Assembly (NCBI RefSeq): GCF_002113885.1
Contig: NW_018404373.1
Coordinates: forward strand, 122,737 to 186,736
DNA length: 64,000 nt
From: Mizuhopecten yessoensis
Lineage: Eukaryota
Direction: 5' to 3'
Numbering within the stretch: the stretch's first letter is position 1; every line of letters starts with the position of its first letter. Both the position numbers and the translations under genes were made by a program. A model generated the notes under the pieces. The model saw only the letters and a list, made by a program, of their open reading frames with translations, was not told the DNA's origin and searched no databases. This document shows, piece by piece, positions 23,456-37,042 of this stretch.

Positions 23456-26400
23456 TTACTACCGTGTACATGTATCACAACAGTGGGTCAACAGAGAATT
23501 TTCTTTCTGGTCAGATTCCGTAGTAGTGCTGATTATCACGTAACTAAGGGTAGGATATCATATTAGCCCCGGTATTTGTATCCTCTCCCTCTTCCATACT
23601 TTATACGATGAATCTCATACTATTTATTCATAAACACAATGTATTTAGTTAATGCCCTCCTGACATTAGATAAGAACAAGTGTGATCTTTAGACAATCTG
23701 GGTTCGTGGGTAAACCGGACAATCCTAGGTCAAATTGTTTTACATTTTGGAAAAGTTATGCCATCTAACGTGTCTATTTTGAACACAGATTAGGTAGCCT
23801 GTCAATATACATTTTGCTGTATCACCTAGGTAATAGGTAAGGGAGAAAAAAGCCCGGACTTTCTGTTGATCCAGACTGGTACAATGGACACCAGATTTGT
23901 GATTGTCTTGATAATTGTTTGGTAAAGGTATTTAGATTTCACCTCATTAAGGTATAGGGAATTCTACATTTCTTTCCTGTTAAATTCTATATATACACAT
24001 TTACCTCTGTGCTATCCACTGATGATGGTTTTATTCTGTGTTTTGCTGTTAATTACTATCTTCATGTAGATCCTACATTGATACAGGAAGCAGTAGATTA
24101 AATGACAAACCAGCATGCTATAAGATAATATGTGAAGCCTAGGATGATGGGTCCATGCGCTGCTTGATTTTGTTGGGTCAAACTTTGGTAATTTCTGTCA
24201 CTGATTTTTTTTAAATTTTGCACAATACCTTACTTGTCAAAAGGATATCGAATTTGAGGGTACCTACTTTTGTTTTTCAGCAAATTAATACCAGAAATAA
24301 AACTTCTAAATTGTATTTGTCCTACAGTAATCTGGAAATAGTACAACTTTAATAATTCTATATTTTGCTATAACGGCGTAATACATATATCATTTTCATA
24401 CATATGGTGTCCTTTATGTACTGTGCAATATATAGATTTAAATGCATTTTAATTAATAAAAACCTCAAGAATGTATAGTGTTAAGGTAGTAATGTTTAAA
24501 TGTAGTGGGGACTCCATTGTATGGATTCTATTTTAAAGGAACAAAATGTGTCTAGGACTTTTCTTAATCAAAGGAATGATTATCTTCCAAAATTATTGTA
24601 TTATATTTTGTTTCGATAGCGTACTGCAGGTAAGAAAATGGCTATTACAGGTGTGATTACAATTAGAGGGAGTGTGGGGAGGTACTTATAAATTCATAAC
24701 ATAGTAATAATAAAATAATAATTTGAGGTTCCTGTATACCGCTTTAATACAACCTGGTTCAGAGGTCGTCTCCAAGCGTTTCACAAATGATTATCCATAA
24801 GTTTGATGGTGATGTGAGCCCAGAAATAAAACTAATTGTGGGCGGAAGGAGTAACAAAACAGTTACCTCCCTTACACCTGCGTATACATTCTGGAATATA
24901 GAACCTGTTAAAAGTGAGCTTTTTTGATCAAATTGAAAAGAGATCATAGTAAAATCTTATTCCTGAGACTCTGAACTTGTAGACTTATTTCTGGATTTTG
25001 TTTACTTTGTCTCGGCTTGCCCTCGTTATATAACCATATTTTGTTCCTTTTTGTCAATAAATGTTGTTCCCTATCACCAGTATACCTGGGTAAACGTGTA
25101 CATTGTGTGGTCCTCAACACCTAATGAGTATTGGTCATCTTGGTTATGTTACACATTCATCATCTGTAGTTACTGTGTACAGTAACATTGGGATTCAACT
25201 TACATGTTACTGCTTTCAACACTTGACAAAGTTTTATTTTATATATGATTCCTGCTGAAAAGGAAAAATGAAATACAACTGAAACATTGATAAATTTACT
25301 GTTATTTCATTGTGCTCAGCTTTAATGGTTTGCTTGTCATTAATTGATTTTAATGATTGTATTAATACTTTGTAGTTATATCTGTATATGTATCAGCAAT
25401 GGTGACCAAAAAAAATGTCATTTAAAGACTATTGTTAGTAGTGTAAAGAATATTTAAACAAAAATTTCATGTATATGAACATATTATAGTACATATTCTT
25501 AACTGAATAATCATACAAGTACAATGTGTATCCTCACAGGTGGACTTTACATATACAACACTATATTGATGTAAATTTCTTTAGGTTAATTTCTGTAAAT
25601 CATACCTGCCAAGTTCTCAACAACCAAATCAGGGTCGTATTTGGTCAAGCCTGCTAATTGTTGGTCACTTCAGTATGTCAACTTCACAAAGTCAGCAAAC
25701 TAAGGAGAAAAGCATTTAAACTATCAAAATTTGATTTTTAATCTACTATAGAAAGTCTTTTCTAAGGAGTATATTTACATTGAAAGCTTTAAAAAGCTGA
25801 TATTTAAACATTTTCAAAGTTAAGATAAGCTATGCAAATGCACAAGATTCTAACATATTCTACAATCTGTGGAGGTCATGGAGGTCAATGAGAGGTCATG
25901 GAGGTCATGTACAGATTGACCCACACAAATACAGGTGACATGGCAGGTATGGTTAAGTGTTACATTGGTGTTATAAAATACATATAATTCTACCTCGTAA
26001 ATAAGGTTTTCCATTGAAATATGTGATACATTTTTTAATTGATGAGCGTTAATTGCCATGTGAGATAATATTGAGTGAGTCAGATTATAGTGATGGGTAA
26101 CAGATATTGATGTAACAAAGGCTACATAGGTTTCCTGTTTGTTTGATTTTAGTACTAGTACCAGCCCTGTAGGAAGATTTAAAAAAAACTATGGACCCAA
26201 CCTATAACGGTGTCATAATAAATGCTGAAAATATTAATTTACTCATATCCAGGAGCATCAGACTGGTGGAATTGAACATCTCTACATTTTTAGAAACTGG
26301 AAAATGAGAATGAATTTCATCCCCAATACCATGTGCATTCGGGTAAAATTTTCTGTGTACAAAACAAATCTAATTGACAATTGATAAAAATTGTTTTAAA

Positions 26401-28492
26401 CTTTTCATGCAAATTCTAATTTTAGCTATTTCATATTTGATATGTAATCTCCTTGTGAAAGTTTTGTATAATACATGTAATGAAAACATATTTTTTGCTG
26501 ATTCAGATTTAAGATGAAAAATACTGATTTATATTTTATGGTTCAGAAGTAAGACAAAAAGGAAAAAATTAATACTTGGAAATTCAGTGGTGTGCAATAT
26601 TTATCTCAAAGACTAGAACCAAGCCTTGAAACTGAATTTATAAGACTTTGTGTTAAAGTTAAAGTCAAGGGGCATAACTATAGTGTAATCAATTAAGAAA
26701 CTTTATTTTACAAGGGGCCTAACTCTGACAGTCTTAACGTTCTCAGTCTTCTTGAAGAAATTTTATTGCATAAAATGTGATCTGGTGACTTTTGGTGATA
26801 TGGTGGATATGTTAGCATTGTTTTATCCTACATTTAAAATTCCTTATCTATTTTCCACACAACATTCCAGCAGCTCTCCACCACCAGACTGACTTAGGTG
26901 TCGGCCAATAATTCTGTTTACCTCCAACTCTAACCTATTAGGTATAGATCTCAAACAGTGATGCTGCATACCTAACTTCCCCTCTCACACTGTTGTAATA
27001 TAGTAAAATGACTCATTCAGATCAATGCATGGTAGAGTTTACTAAAGTTACATAGGGGTGAAAGGGTGAAAGTCCATGGTAATAAACTGTTCTACCGTAG
27101 CTTAGACAATAAGCAGATAATGAGGGATTGAGGTCCAGCTGATTATACACTATCTGGTATGGAGTTGCTAGTCTAGAGCAAACGTATACATTATATAGGC
27201 ACTGGAAACTTGAACACATTTCATCTTTTTTCTTCCAATCTTTATATTCATTTTGAGATCATTGATCATAAGAAGCATGCATTTTTATATCAATTAAATA
27301 TTCTATTTACAATTAATTTTTAACTAATTTTGGTTCAAAACCAAACTGATGTTTTTAGAAGCCAGCTTTAATTATGGAGGGTTCCTTTTCATGTGTAAGT
27401 GTAGAAATAACATGCATATCAACCTCATAAACTAAGGTCAGTCTATTGACTGAGACTTTATACAGTATTGACCAAATAATGTTATTATCAGGAATTCATA
27501 TCAACCTCATTCGGTGTTAACATATAGTGAAGAGTCTTCATTTTTTGTCCACAGACTGAGAAAACATAAAGTCATAATTTAAATGTTACCTGGCTACAAT
27601 CAAGATTTCATTTTTCAAGTTTAAAAAATATATGCAACTAGTTTTGCAGACCTTCACAATGTCAATGACATTTATATTGCCTGTCGAGAATGGAGGGAGG
27701 AAGTAACTTGAATGTAATCAAAGTGGCCATTGTATTCAATTAGCTTTACAGTGTATGTTTGTTAGTGCTTTCCTTAATTGATACACATGAGTTATATAAC
27801 TTATAATATGTTCTATATGTTCCTTAGGTAGGGTAGAAATGTCACGCTGATGTTACCATGCATAATTATCAGATTTCATTTATAGAAAGAAACTGGAACG
27901 ATGCAATATCAACGAATATTTTTATGGTTATTTTATTTAATAAAAGATTAAGAACAATCTTTGTTTTGTTTTTCTAACACTTTTGAACTTTTAAGGTGCA
28001 TACATTCCATGAACAGTCAGTTAGAGTTCAAATACAGATGCAGAAGCAATAAAACACACTATTGGGTTATGTTATATATTAACAAACACTAGGGCGAGAC
28101 AACAAAGACTGCAATGGTCCAGACTTGACACCTGCAATACCTTGTACTGACAGTTTATTATCAAATCGAAATCTGTTTAAGGCTGTATTTATTATTAAAA
28201 GGGTATCATTGGGTATGCAGTTTGAACCCTTAATGCGTGACTCTACTAATCCGGATGATTCATGAGCTTGATAGTTCATGTTACATTTACTTCTAAAATT
28301 GATTATCAAGGGGGTCCTGGAAACTTAAATGTACCGGCTAAGGGTAATCTGTTTAAGCGACAGCACTTATAGAACCAAAAATGTTTCATGTTAGCACAGA
28401 ATTAGATGAGCTATCCAAGTGAGTGGTAATATGTTATTATCATATTAAAGTACAAGTATAGGTCTGATCAGAGACATATAAAGCCAGTATGT

Positions 28493-28893
28493 TTATTTGT
28501 TACACCTCAAGTGAATTTCTAGCTATTTGATTGGTTGGGAGAAAATTAAACAAAAATCTCTGTCACCCTCCGAAAAAACATTGGTTTTAAGGGGCGCGGG
28601 TGATATTGCCATGAGACAGTGGAAAATATCACATGCGCCAAAAATGTGCGTGCACCGCTTCGTTTCCCCACCGTGATGGTCACAAGAACGTTTGACAGCA
28701 ACAGCCAATTTCATCAAGCGCCGGTGCGATAGCGATTGTAAACAGCAGACTATCAACAAACAAGCTGTCATTATCGAGGTTTGCTGCCGTTTCTGAGCTA
28801 CATTGATTTTTGGTGTAACAAAATAGATATGACATTCATTAGCAGGTGACAGTGAATATTGTCACCTGCTAATGAATGTCATATTTATATAAT
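28493..28893. mobile_element. Non-autonomous element with sub-terminal inverted repeats and a perfect 25-bp terminal hairpin
   Basis: TTTGTTACACC (28496-28506) / GGTGTAACAAA (28812-28822); stem 28827-28851 pairs perfectly with 28860-28884; CpG-rich interior. Confidence 0.75.
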
Positions 28894-29699
28894 GTCCCTG
28901 GTCTGGTGTAAACGTCTCTACTCATCAATACTCCGTTACCATAAGATGGCTTTTTGATTTTTAAAAAAGAAGGAAAGAAAAAATCAAAATATTAAACGTT
29001 TCATATTTTTGTGATTCAAATGTTCGGTTATCGGTCGGGTGCTTCTGTAGGTAAAAGTGACGTATACGTTTGTGGGGAAATCAGCGATCATGAATTCACC
29101 ATGAGTAATAGGATTATGGGCTCAAACCCAAAATTTTAAATCCTTTTCTATGCCCTGTATAAATTTGTCAAAATTAAATAATATTTTGAAACCTTTTTTC
29201 ACCGGGTTGAATGCTATGTTGAATTAGGGTCCTGTTGGTTATATGTGTCGAGGTAAGCCGGGTTATAAACAGGAAGTGTGACCTGGGCCTTAGGGAGACA
29301 CAGTGATCTAGGATAGTTGTTGTACTGAGAGGACCCAAACGTCCGCTACATTCATTGGGACAGCTTTTAATACACCTCCAGACAGCATACCACCAAACGT
29401 GAACGATAAGTATGTTAAATAGTTGTATCGGACAAAGAAGTTTGGTTGGACAACAAGTGATCAATGCCTTTGATTGAAGATCATTAGGTCCTTTATAAGC
29501 GGAAAGGAAAGAAGTAATGGTACCTAGTTAGCAGTTTGATGATGATTTTATGTTAATCACTAAATGTATTTGGTAGAGGGCCAGTTGCTGGTTAGAGGAG
29601 GTATATAGACTATTGATCAGCAGTGAGGGGGTTCACTGGTTAACTGCTAGAAAGTACATGGGGGCTAGTAGTAGCTGTTAGGAGATCACTTGCAGTGGA

Positions 29700-31920
29700 A
29701 AGTTAGGTTAGCCATCAGCCGATGGTTAGCAGTAAGGTTCATCAGCCAATGGTTAGGAGTTAGGTTCATCAGCCAATGGTTAGGAGTTAGGTTCATCAGC
29801 CAATGGTTAGGAGTAAGGTACATTAGCCGATGGTTAGAAGTTTGATTCATCAGCCGATGGTAAAAGTTAAGTACATCAGCTGATGGTAAGAGTAAGATAC
29901 ATCAGCTGATGGTCAGTAGTTAGGTACATCAGGTGATGGTCAGTAGTTAATTACATTAGCTGATCGTAAGATTTAGGTACATCAGCTGATGGTAAGAATT
30001 AGGTACCTCAGGCGATGGGAAGATTTAAGTATTTTATGTACATCAGGTGATGGTCAGTAGTTAGGTACATCAGGTGATGGTTATCAGTTAGGTACATCGG
30101 TCGATGGTAAGAGTTAGGTACATCAGGCGATGGTTAGCTGTTAGGTAAATTAGGTGATGGTTAGCTGTTAGGTACATCAGGTGATGATTAGCAGTTAGGT
30201 ACATCAGGTGATGGTTAGCTGTTATGTACATCAGGTGATGGTTAGCAGTTAGGTACATCAGGTGATGGTAAGCTGTTATGTACATGAGGTGATGGTTAGC
30301 AGTTAGGTACATCAGCTGATGGTAAGAGTTAGGTACATCAGCTGATGGTTAGCAGTTAGGTATATCAGGCGATGGTAAAAGTTAGGTACATTTGTACATC
30401 AGCTGATGGTAAGAATTAAGTACATCATTTGATGGTAAGAGTTAGGTACATGAGGTGATGGTTAGCAGTTAGATACATGAGGTGATGGTAAGCTGTTAGG
30501 TACATCAGGTGATGGTTAGCTGTTATGTACATCAGGTGATAGTTAGCAGTTAGGTACATCAGGTGATGGTTAGCAGTTAGGTACATCAGCTGATGGTAAG
30601 AGTTAGGTACATCAGCTGATGGTTAGCAGTTAGGTATATCAGGCGATGGTAAAAGTTAGGTACATTTGTACATCAGCTGATGGTAAGAATTAAGTACATC
30701 ATTTGATGGTAAGAGTTAGGTACATCAGCTGATGGTTAGCAGTTAGATACATGAGGTGATGGTAAGCTGTTAGGTACATCAGGTGATGGTTAGCTGTTAT
30801 GTACATCAGGTGATGGTTAGCTGTTAGGTAAATCAGGTGATGGTTAGCAGTTAGGTACATCAGGTGATGGTAAGCTGTTATGTACATGAGGTGATGGTTA
30901 GCAGTTAGATACATGAGGTGATGGTAAGCTGTTAGGTACATCAGGTGATGGTTAGCTGTTATGTACATCAGGTGATAGTTAGCAGTTAGGTACATCAGGT
31001 GATGGTTAGCAGTTAGGTACATCAGCTGATGGTAAGAGTTAGGTACATCAGCTGATGGTTAGCAGTTAGGTATAGCAGGCGATGGTAAAAGTTAGGTACA
31101 TTTGTACATCAGCTGATGGTAAGAGTTAAGTACATCCTTCGATGGTAAGAGTTAGGTACATCAGGTGATGGTTAGCAGTTAGATACATGAGGTGATGGTA
31201 AGCTGTTAGGTACATCAGGTGATGGTTAGCTGTTATGTACATCAGGTGATGGTTAGCTGTTAGGTAGATCAGGTGATGGTTAGCTGTTAGGTACATCAGG
31301 TGATGGTTAGCTGTTAGGTACATCAGCCAATGGTTAGCAGTAAGGTATATCAGGTGATGGTTAGCCGTTAAGTTTATCGGCCGATGATAAGAGTTATGTA
31401 CATCAGGTGATGATTAGCAGTTAGGTACATCAGGTGATGGTTAGCTGTTATGTACATCAGGGGATGGTTAGCAGTTAGGTACATCAGGTGATGGTAAGCT
31501 GTTATGTACATCAGGTGATGGTTAGCAGTTAGGTAAATCAGCTGATGGTAAGAGTTAGGTACATCAGGTGATGGTTAGCAGTTAGGTATATCAGGCGATG
31601 GTAAAAGTTAGGTACATTTGTACATCAGCTGATGGTAATAATTAAGTACATCATTCGATGGTAAGAGTTAGGTACATCAGGTGATGGTTAGCAGTTAGAT
31701 ACATCAGATGATGGTAAGCTGTTAGGTACATCAGGTGATGGTTAGCTGTTAGGTACATCAGCTGATGGTAAGAGTTAGGTACATCAGGTGATGGTTAGCA
31801 GTAAAGTACAGCAGTCGATGGTTAGCAGTTGTGTACATCAGCCGATGGTAAGAGTTGGGTACATCAGGTGATGGTTAGCAGTTAGGTATATCAGGCGATG
31901 GTTAGCAGTTAGGAGATACA
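29700..31920. repeat. Minisatellite, 26/27-bp unit, ~80 copies, with higher-order structure
   Basis: GGTACATCAGGTGATGGTTAGCAGTTA and GGTACATCAGCTGATGGTAAGAGTTA. Confidence 0.97.
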
Positions 31921-34900
31921 TTCGCCGGTTATAAGAGTTAGAAGGTACAGTTTGTATGTGGTCGCTGGTTTACAACAGGAAGGCCCATTCATTGATCGAT
32001 GGTTAGATACATAGGTATTAGTGCTAGAATGCTGTTGCTGTTTACATTTGAAGCATTCATAAGATACATTCAACTCCCATGAGCATTAATAAAGTTCATT
32101 AGTTGATGGAGACCATTGCTGACCAAATGTGTGGCCTGCAAATAACTCGCATAGGCGTGTTGAAGAGTGTGTTTGTCTACACGGCATCCAGTGGCAGATC
32201 AGGCTAGCGAATTTGGCGGAAAAAAGGGGTGTATAGTGGCAAATTTGTAGTGGGGAGAGGAAAAGATTGGACGTGTGAGATATGACGTTTTGAATTTGTT
32301 TGGTTAACTATTTTTGATATTCTGAGTCATGTTACTACCGGGAAAATAATCGCGAAACGGATCTACCAAACAAAACATGTAACAGTGTTATTGACGTCTT
32401 ATTAACTCGTACATCCATGTGGGGTCGACGAGGTGTCTTTGCTACTGCAATACAAACATGGGAGATTGGATGGATTCACCCTGGTCGATTACACACCATA
32501 ACCACCAGACAGAAATAGACATCTTCACAAAGACGTATTATATCACAGAAGTTACACAACAAAGCGCCATTTATAGAATACAGGCGATGTGTGCAGTGGT
32601 GCTCATTGTAATCAGAGCTGCACAGGTGTAGTGTGCCTTATTAGCTTAACGGGTTATTTAATTTATAGTCTAAATTGTACCACTGCTTAATGAGGATTGA
32701 AATCAAATCTTGAGCAAAGAATTCTGGGACTTAAATTGATTTTTAATAGACCAAAATCGTCATTGGACGATTTTTTTTCTCAATTCGATCAAATCAATTT
32801 TCACGGAAATGAAGTTTGATTCAGCTTGATTCGGGTCGGCGGTGTCTTTGTACCAGGTATATTATTACATTCGATACGTCCTGCGGAAGGCGGGTTGCTG
32901 CACGAGATATACTTACATCACGTATTTGAAGCATCTTTAATGGTGTCGACGTTTATGTTGGTATATTGCAAACTGAATGAATTTTCTTTCTATCATTGTC
33001 TGGTTTCCTTTTAGCTCCCTACTACCGTTGTCTCCACAGATTTTGTGAAGTTTGATTTTCATCTGTAACTAATGTCTGAATTAGTACCGTCACTTGGTTA
33101 CAGAAGGGTGACATTTTGTAATATTTCCCTGCATCAACACTCGTCTTACGTCACAGTCTTTGTCCGAAACTATACGTTCTCTGTGGCATATGATAATTCT
33201 TACTCGCAAACATTTCATCTTCTCCAAAGAGTCACGTACAGCGATCACCAAACACAACAACACCTAATTATTAGTAACTGACACATTGCTTATTTCAGTT
33301 ACAGCAAGGGACTACACACGACTCTTCTATGCGAATCAGTTATGAAACACGCAGCAAAACTTATACACATACTTAATATGTTAATAAGTAGATCATAGAT
33401 ATAAGCATGTCGACTTCGTGCCACTCAACCAGAAAGTTCAGCGAATTGTATAGCAACAACCTATATACGACACAGTTTAACACGACACAACCTGACAAAA
33501 CGCATGATTTTTCTATATACAAGAACATTAACTTTGTTTCTTATTAGTTCTCATACAAAACAGCTCTTATGCATCACTGATGCTTTTGTGTAATGCGTTT
33601 CAAAGATGATATACATGTATCTTATTTATTATGCTATTTTTGCACAATAATTTCACGAATTATAGTTATGTAATATAGATTTGTTTACATACAAAATATG
33701 ATGTTGAGCCAGAGGCGTATATACTACTGGCTTTATGCGGTTATGGTTGAACTTTGATTACAAACACTCCCGTTTGTGATGTTTACGTTAGGTAAGGAAA
33801 CTAAAATAAGTCAGGTTTTGAATATTTCATGTCGTAAGTATAAATGAAAATTTCTGATCCCGTTTTTTGGAATAGGTTTCCAAATATGTGCCGCCCGGTG
33901 GCGACGATTGCTAGACTCTTACTCATTATAACTGTGAACTCAACAATTGGTATCCACTGGTCGAGTCGACGAATTGAAACTCGCCAAAAAATTTGAACGT
34001 TACATGACGTCATACTGAAATTAACGTCGTTTTGTCCGTCATTGTTTTTTGCTTGAGTTTCGAGAACATTAACTCGAGATGCTTTTCAGATATCAAAACA
34101 TGCTTATCAAATGTAGATGATATATAAATAAAAAGCAAATTTGTGCATCAGTAATTGTGTGGGACGTCGACAACTTATGTTGTCTGATGACGTCAGAAAA
34201 AAGGATGGACATATTTAGTTAGCGTAGCCTTTAGCAAGACGTCAGGTTGCTCCAGCGGGTTCTAACAAAATTAACCCAATGAACCTGACACCAGTATGAG
34301 AAAAGTCGGAATACACGTGTGTTAATTGATAAATAACGAAGGAATTCGGGGAAATAAAAAGATAAGTTGTTGGAGATGACACAGAAAGACTTAAATAGTT
34401 ATATCAGAGCATTGCGGAGTACTTTGTTACATGTTTTTCAATTCCTTAACAAAAATAAACAAAGAACGTCAATATTAGGTGGATTAAAACTCCATTACAC
34501 TGAAAGTGAAAGAATCCCTTAAACTCAGCCACGGTACATGTAGGTATCAAAATGCTAATTTCCCATGACATTTTCTATCGTTCCCAATCCTCAATAAGAA
34601 ACAATGATGGAGGAATTTGGATAAAACATTCCCCCACACAGTTTAAACAATGCCCGGAAGTACAAATCGCGAAATGAGAACTGTTGCTATAACTTCGTGA
34701 AATTGTTTTTTGAAATAACATGTCAAACGTCCGTGTGAAATTGAAGTTCCCTTAAAGCTGTAGAGATTAATTCTAACGTAAATTGATATCCACACGCAAG
34801 CTGTTGTTCCTGAGTATGGTTTACCCCTGGTTGTGTTTAATCTGTCAGCACACTCCTTCCTGCTAATAAGCCCTGATGAAAACAATGTGATCCTATACAT

Positions 34901-35119
34901 TGTTCGTACTCCTCTCTGTCGTAACCCGAAATAGGGTCAACAGGTGTGTATCTGAAACATTACCTGATAAGTATCACAGGTATTGTTTACGATTTGTTTA
35001 CAGGTGAGGTGTCAACAATTACAATACACACCCGTCGGGTACGTACTTGTTGAGGTGACATTGCTACAGGTAAATAAAGGGTGTGGACAGGTATAGTGAT
35101 GTAGAACGTAGAACTAGCT

Positions 35120-35120
35120 N
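35120..35120. other. Assembly ambiguity or gap (single N followed by a G-run)
   Basis: gaactagctNgggggggg. Confidence 0.9.
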
Positions 35121-35509
35121 GGGGGGGGTCTCATTTCTCTCACTTTTTAAAAAATACATAGAGGCAGTAATGTTGTGATAGCTGTTATAGTCTGTTTCAT
35201 ATATATTTGACCTGGTTGATCTGTGTTCTCCCACATTACCTGTATCATATATACAGTACTGTCATTTACTTGAAGCTTTGATATAATCTATTTTCATCAT
35301 TTTTAGCCCCTTTTATATCATATACCATTTTCATTAGCTAGAACTATACAAAACAGTAACGTGAAATCCACACCCGATATACGACTGGCTTTCCAGTTCA
35401 GCAGAAATCAGTTTGACGTCATATTCTCAGATCACCGATTTTATGATTAACAGCAAAAACGACATCCAGTCTATTAAGGGGGAAATGAATAACTAAAGCC
35501 CTGTTTTTC

Positions 35510-36690
35510 TGACAGGATATAATGGTGTATAAGGAGACCGTTGTATTGTGTAGGGGTTACATAGTATATTTGTTTTGTCAGGACAAGCACAAAAATGTCA
35601 GTTTGGTTGCCAGGTAACTGTACATAAACGATCAATAGCAAGTTTGGGAAATGACTTGCAGTGTTTGGAAACAAGAGAGACGTTATACTCGTATGTTGAT
35701 TGATGAACAACTTATACATGGTTCAAAAATCAATTTTTGAAAGAAAAAAAGGTCCGATTTTTTCCGATTTGCATATTAAAAATGACGCAAAAACCACAAA
35801 TCAACAAATCAATAAATGAAAGATATCATAACGATAATGTTTTAAAATGTTCATACCTCGACCCGAAAAAACCGTTCACCAATGATATCGGGATAGTACT
35901 ATGATGCTGCACCCAAAACGACTTTGATCAGTCCTTTATTATTATGACAATAAACTATATCTGTCTTACATCAATCTCAGACATTTGGTCACGTAGAACA
36001 ATTCTAGATGAGAAGTTGATTTTAAGGCATACGACATGTCACTCTGACCCCCCCAGTGGACAGATTTACTCAAACTTAAAACGACAAACAAGGTGACATT
36101 ATGAATTAGGAGTGTGCACGAGGGTATTATGTTTCTGCTTTGCTTGGTCTGTTCCTAAAGCAGAATACAAAACAATTGTCTAAAGTAAGACATTCTTTTA
36201 TTATAGAGCAGGCCGACTTTGTACCAGGTTCTCCCAAACTGTTCACACAGGCGATTGTAAACCAGCCTCTAAATATTTGTAAACACGAGATGTTTGCCTA
36301 ACTCGTACCTCAGACAAGACATCATAGCCCCAGACCTTGTTCGGATTGGTCTATCGCCTACACTTTGTCTGATATATCTACGCGCCATGTTTTTCTTACT
36401 TGTCCCATTGAACTATTCTCAGCAGACCCATGATCTGTATTTTTAAATTGTTTATGATTTTGATAATTCCATTTCTACAACTGTTTAGGTTTGGACAGGG
36501 TAAGATAGTGTATAGAAGAACACTGGATTGTGTAGAGGGTACATAGTACAATGTATATTTGTTTTGTCAGGACAATAAAAAAATGTCAAAGTTTGGTTGC
36601 CAGGTAACTGTACATAAACAATAATTAGCAAGTAAGGAAAATGACTTGCAGTGTTTGGAAACAATTGGGACATTAAACTAGTATGTTATT
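35510..36690. repeat. Pair of diverged ~190-bp direct repeats (35510-35700 and 36493-36690)
   Basis: Shared blocks GTATATTTGTTTTGTCAGGACAA, GTTTGGTTGCCAGGTAACTGTACATAAAC and AAATGACTTGCAGTGTTTGGAAACAA. Confidence 0.85.
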
Positions 36691-36767
36691 CTGAAAAAAA
36701 AGTTATATTAACTGAGGCAAAGGGACAAATCTGTTGTATTTTTATTAACCGTCACCAAATTTTGAAG

Positions 36768-37042
36768 TTGAGCGTTAATCAGAGAACAACAACTTCTATT
36801 GTTAAAGGAAGTTTGGTTTGCCTCATTCAGAGGACAAACCCATTAGCTGTTTCCTCGCCAAAAGGCCAAAGGCGAGGTATTGTCAAGTGAAGCATTAGGA
36901 AAATTATTCCGAGACCAAAATGTTGCAATCGATGCAGCAGATTGGTCTTGGTCGTTTTCCTGTCCCCATTTTGCAATTTTACAACATGCAGTAGGTAACA
37001 GCAGGTATATATTCGTTTCTCGATCCCCGACCTGAAAAGGAT
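36768..37042 (-). mobile_element. Old partial copy of the composite retroposon at 41709-42203
   Basis: Colinear similarity: TGAGCGTTAA..., AAAGGCCAAA.G.GAGG, CATTAGGAA, CATGCA.TAGG..CAGCAGGTA, CC.ACCTG. Confidence 0.65.

Noticed and set aside
32419-32631. 70-aa ORF in a CpG-containing region
   Set aside because: No recognisable homology or convincing splice context.
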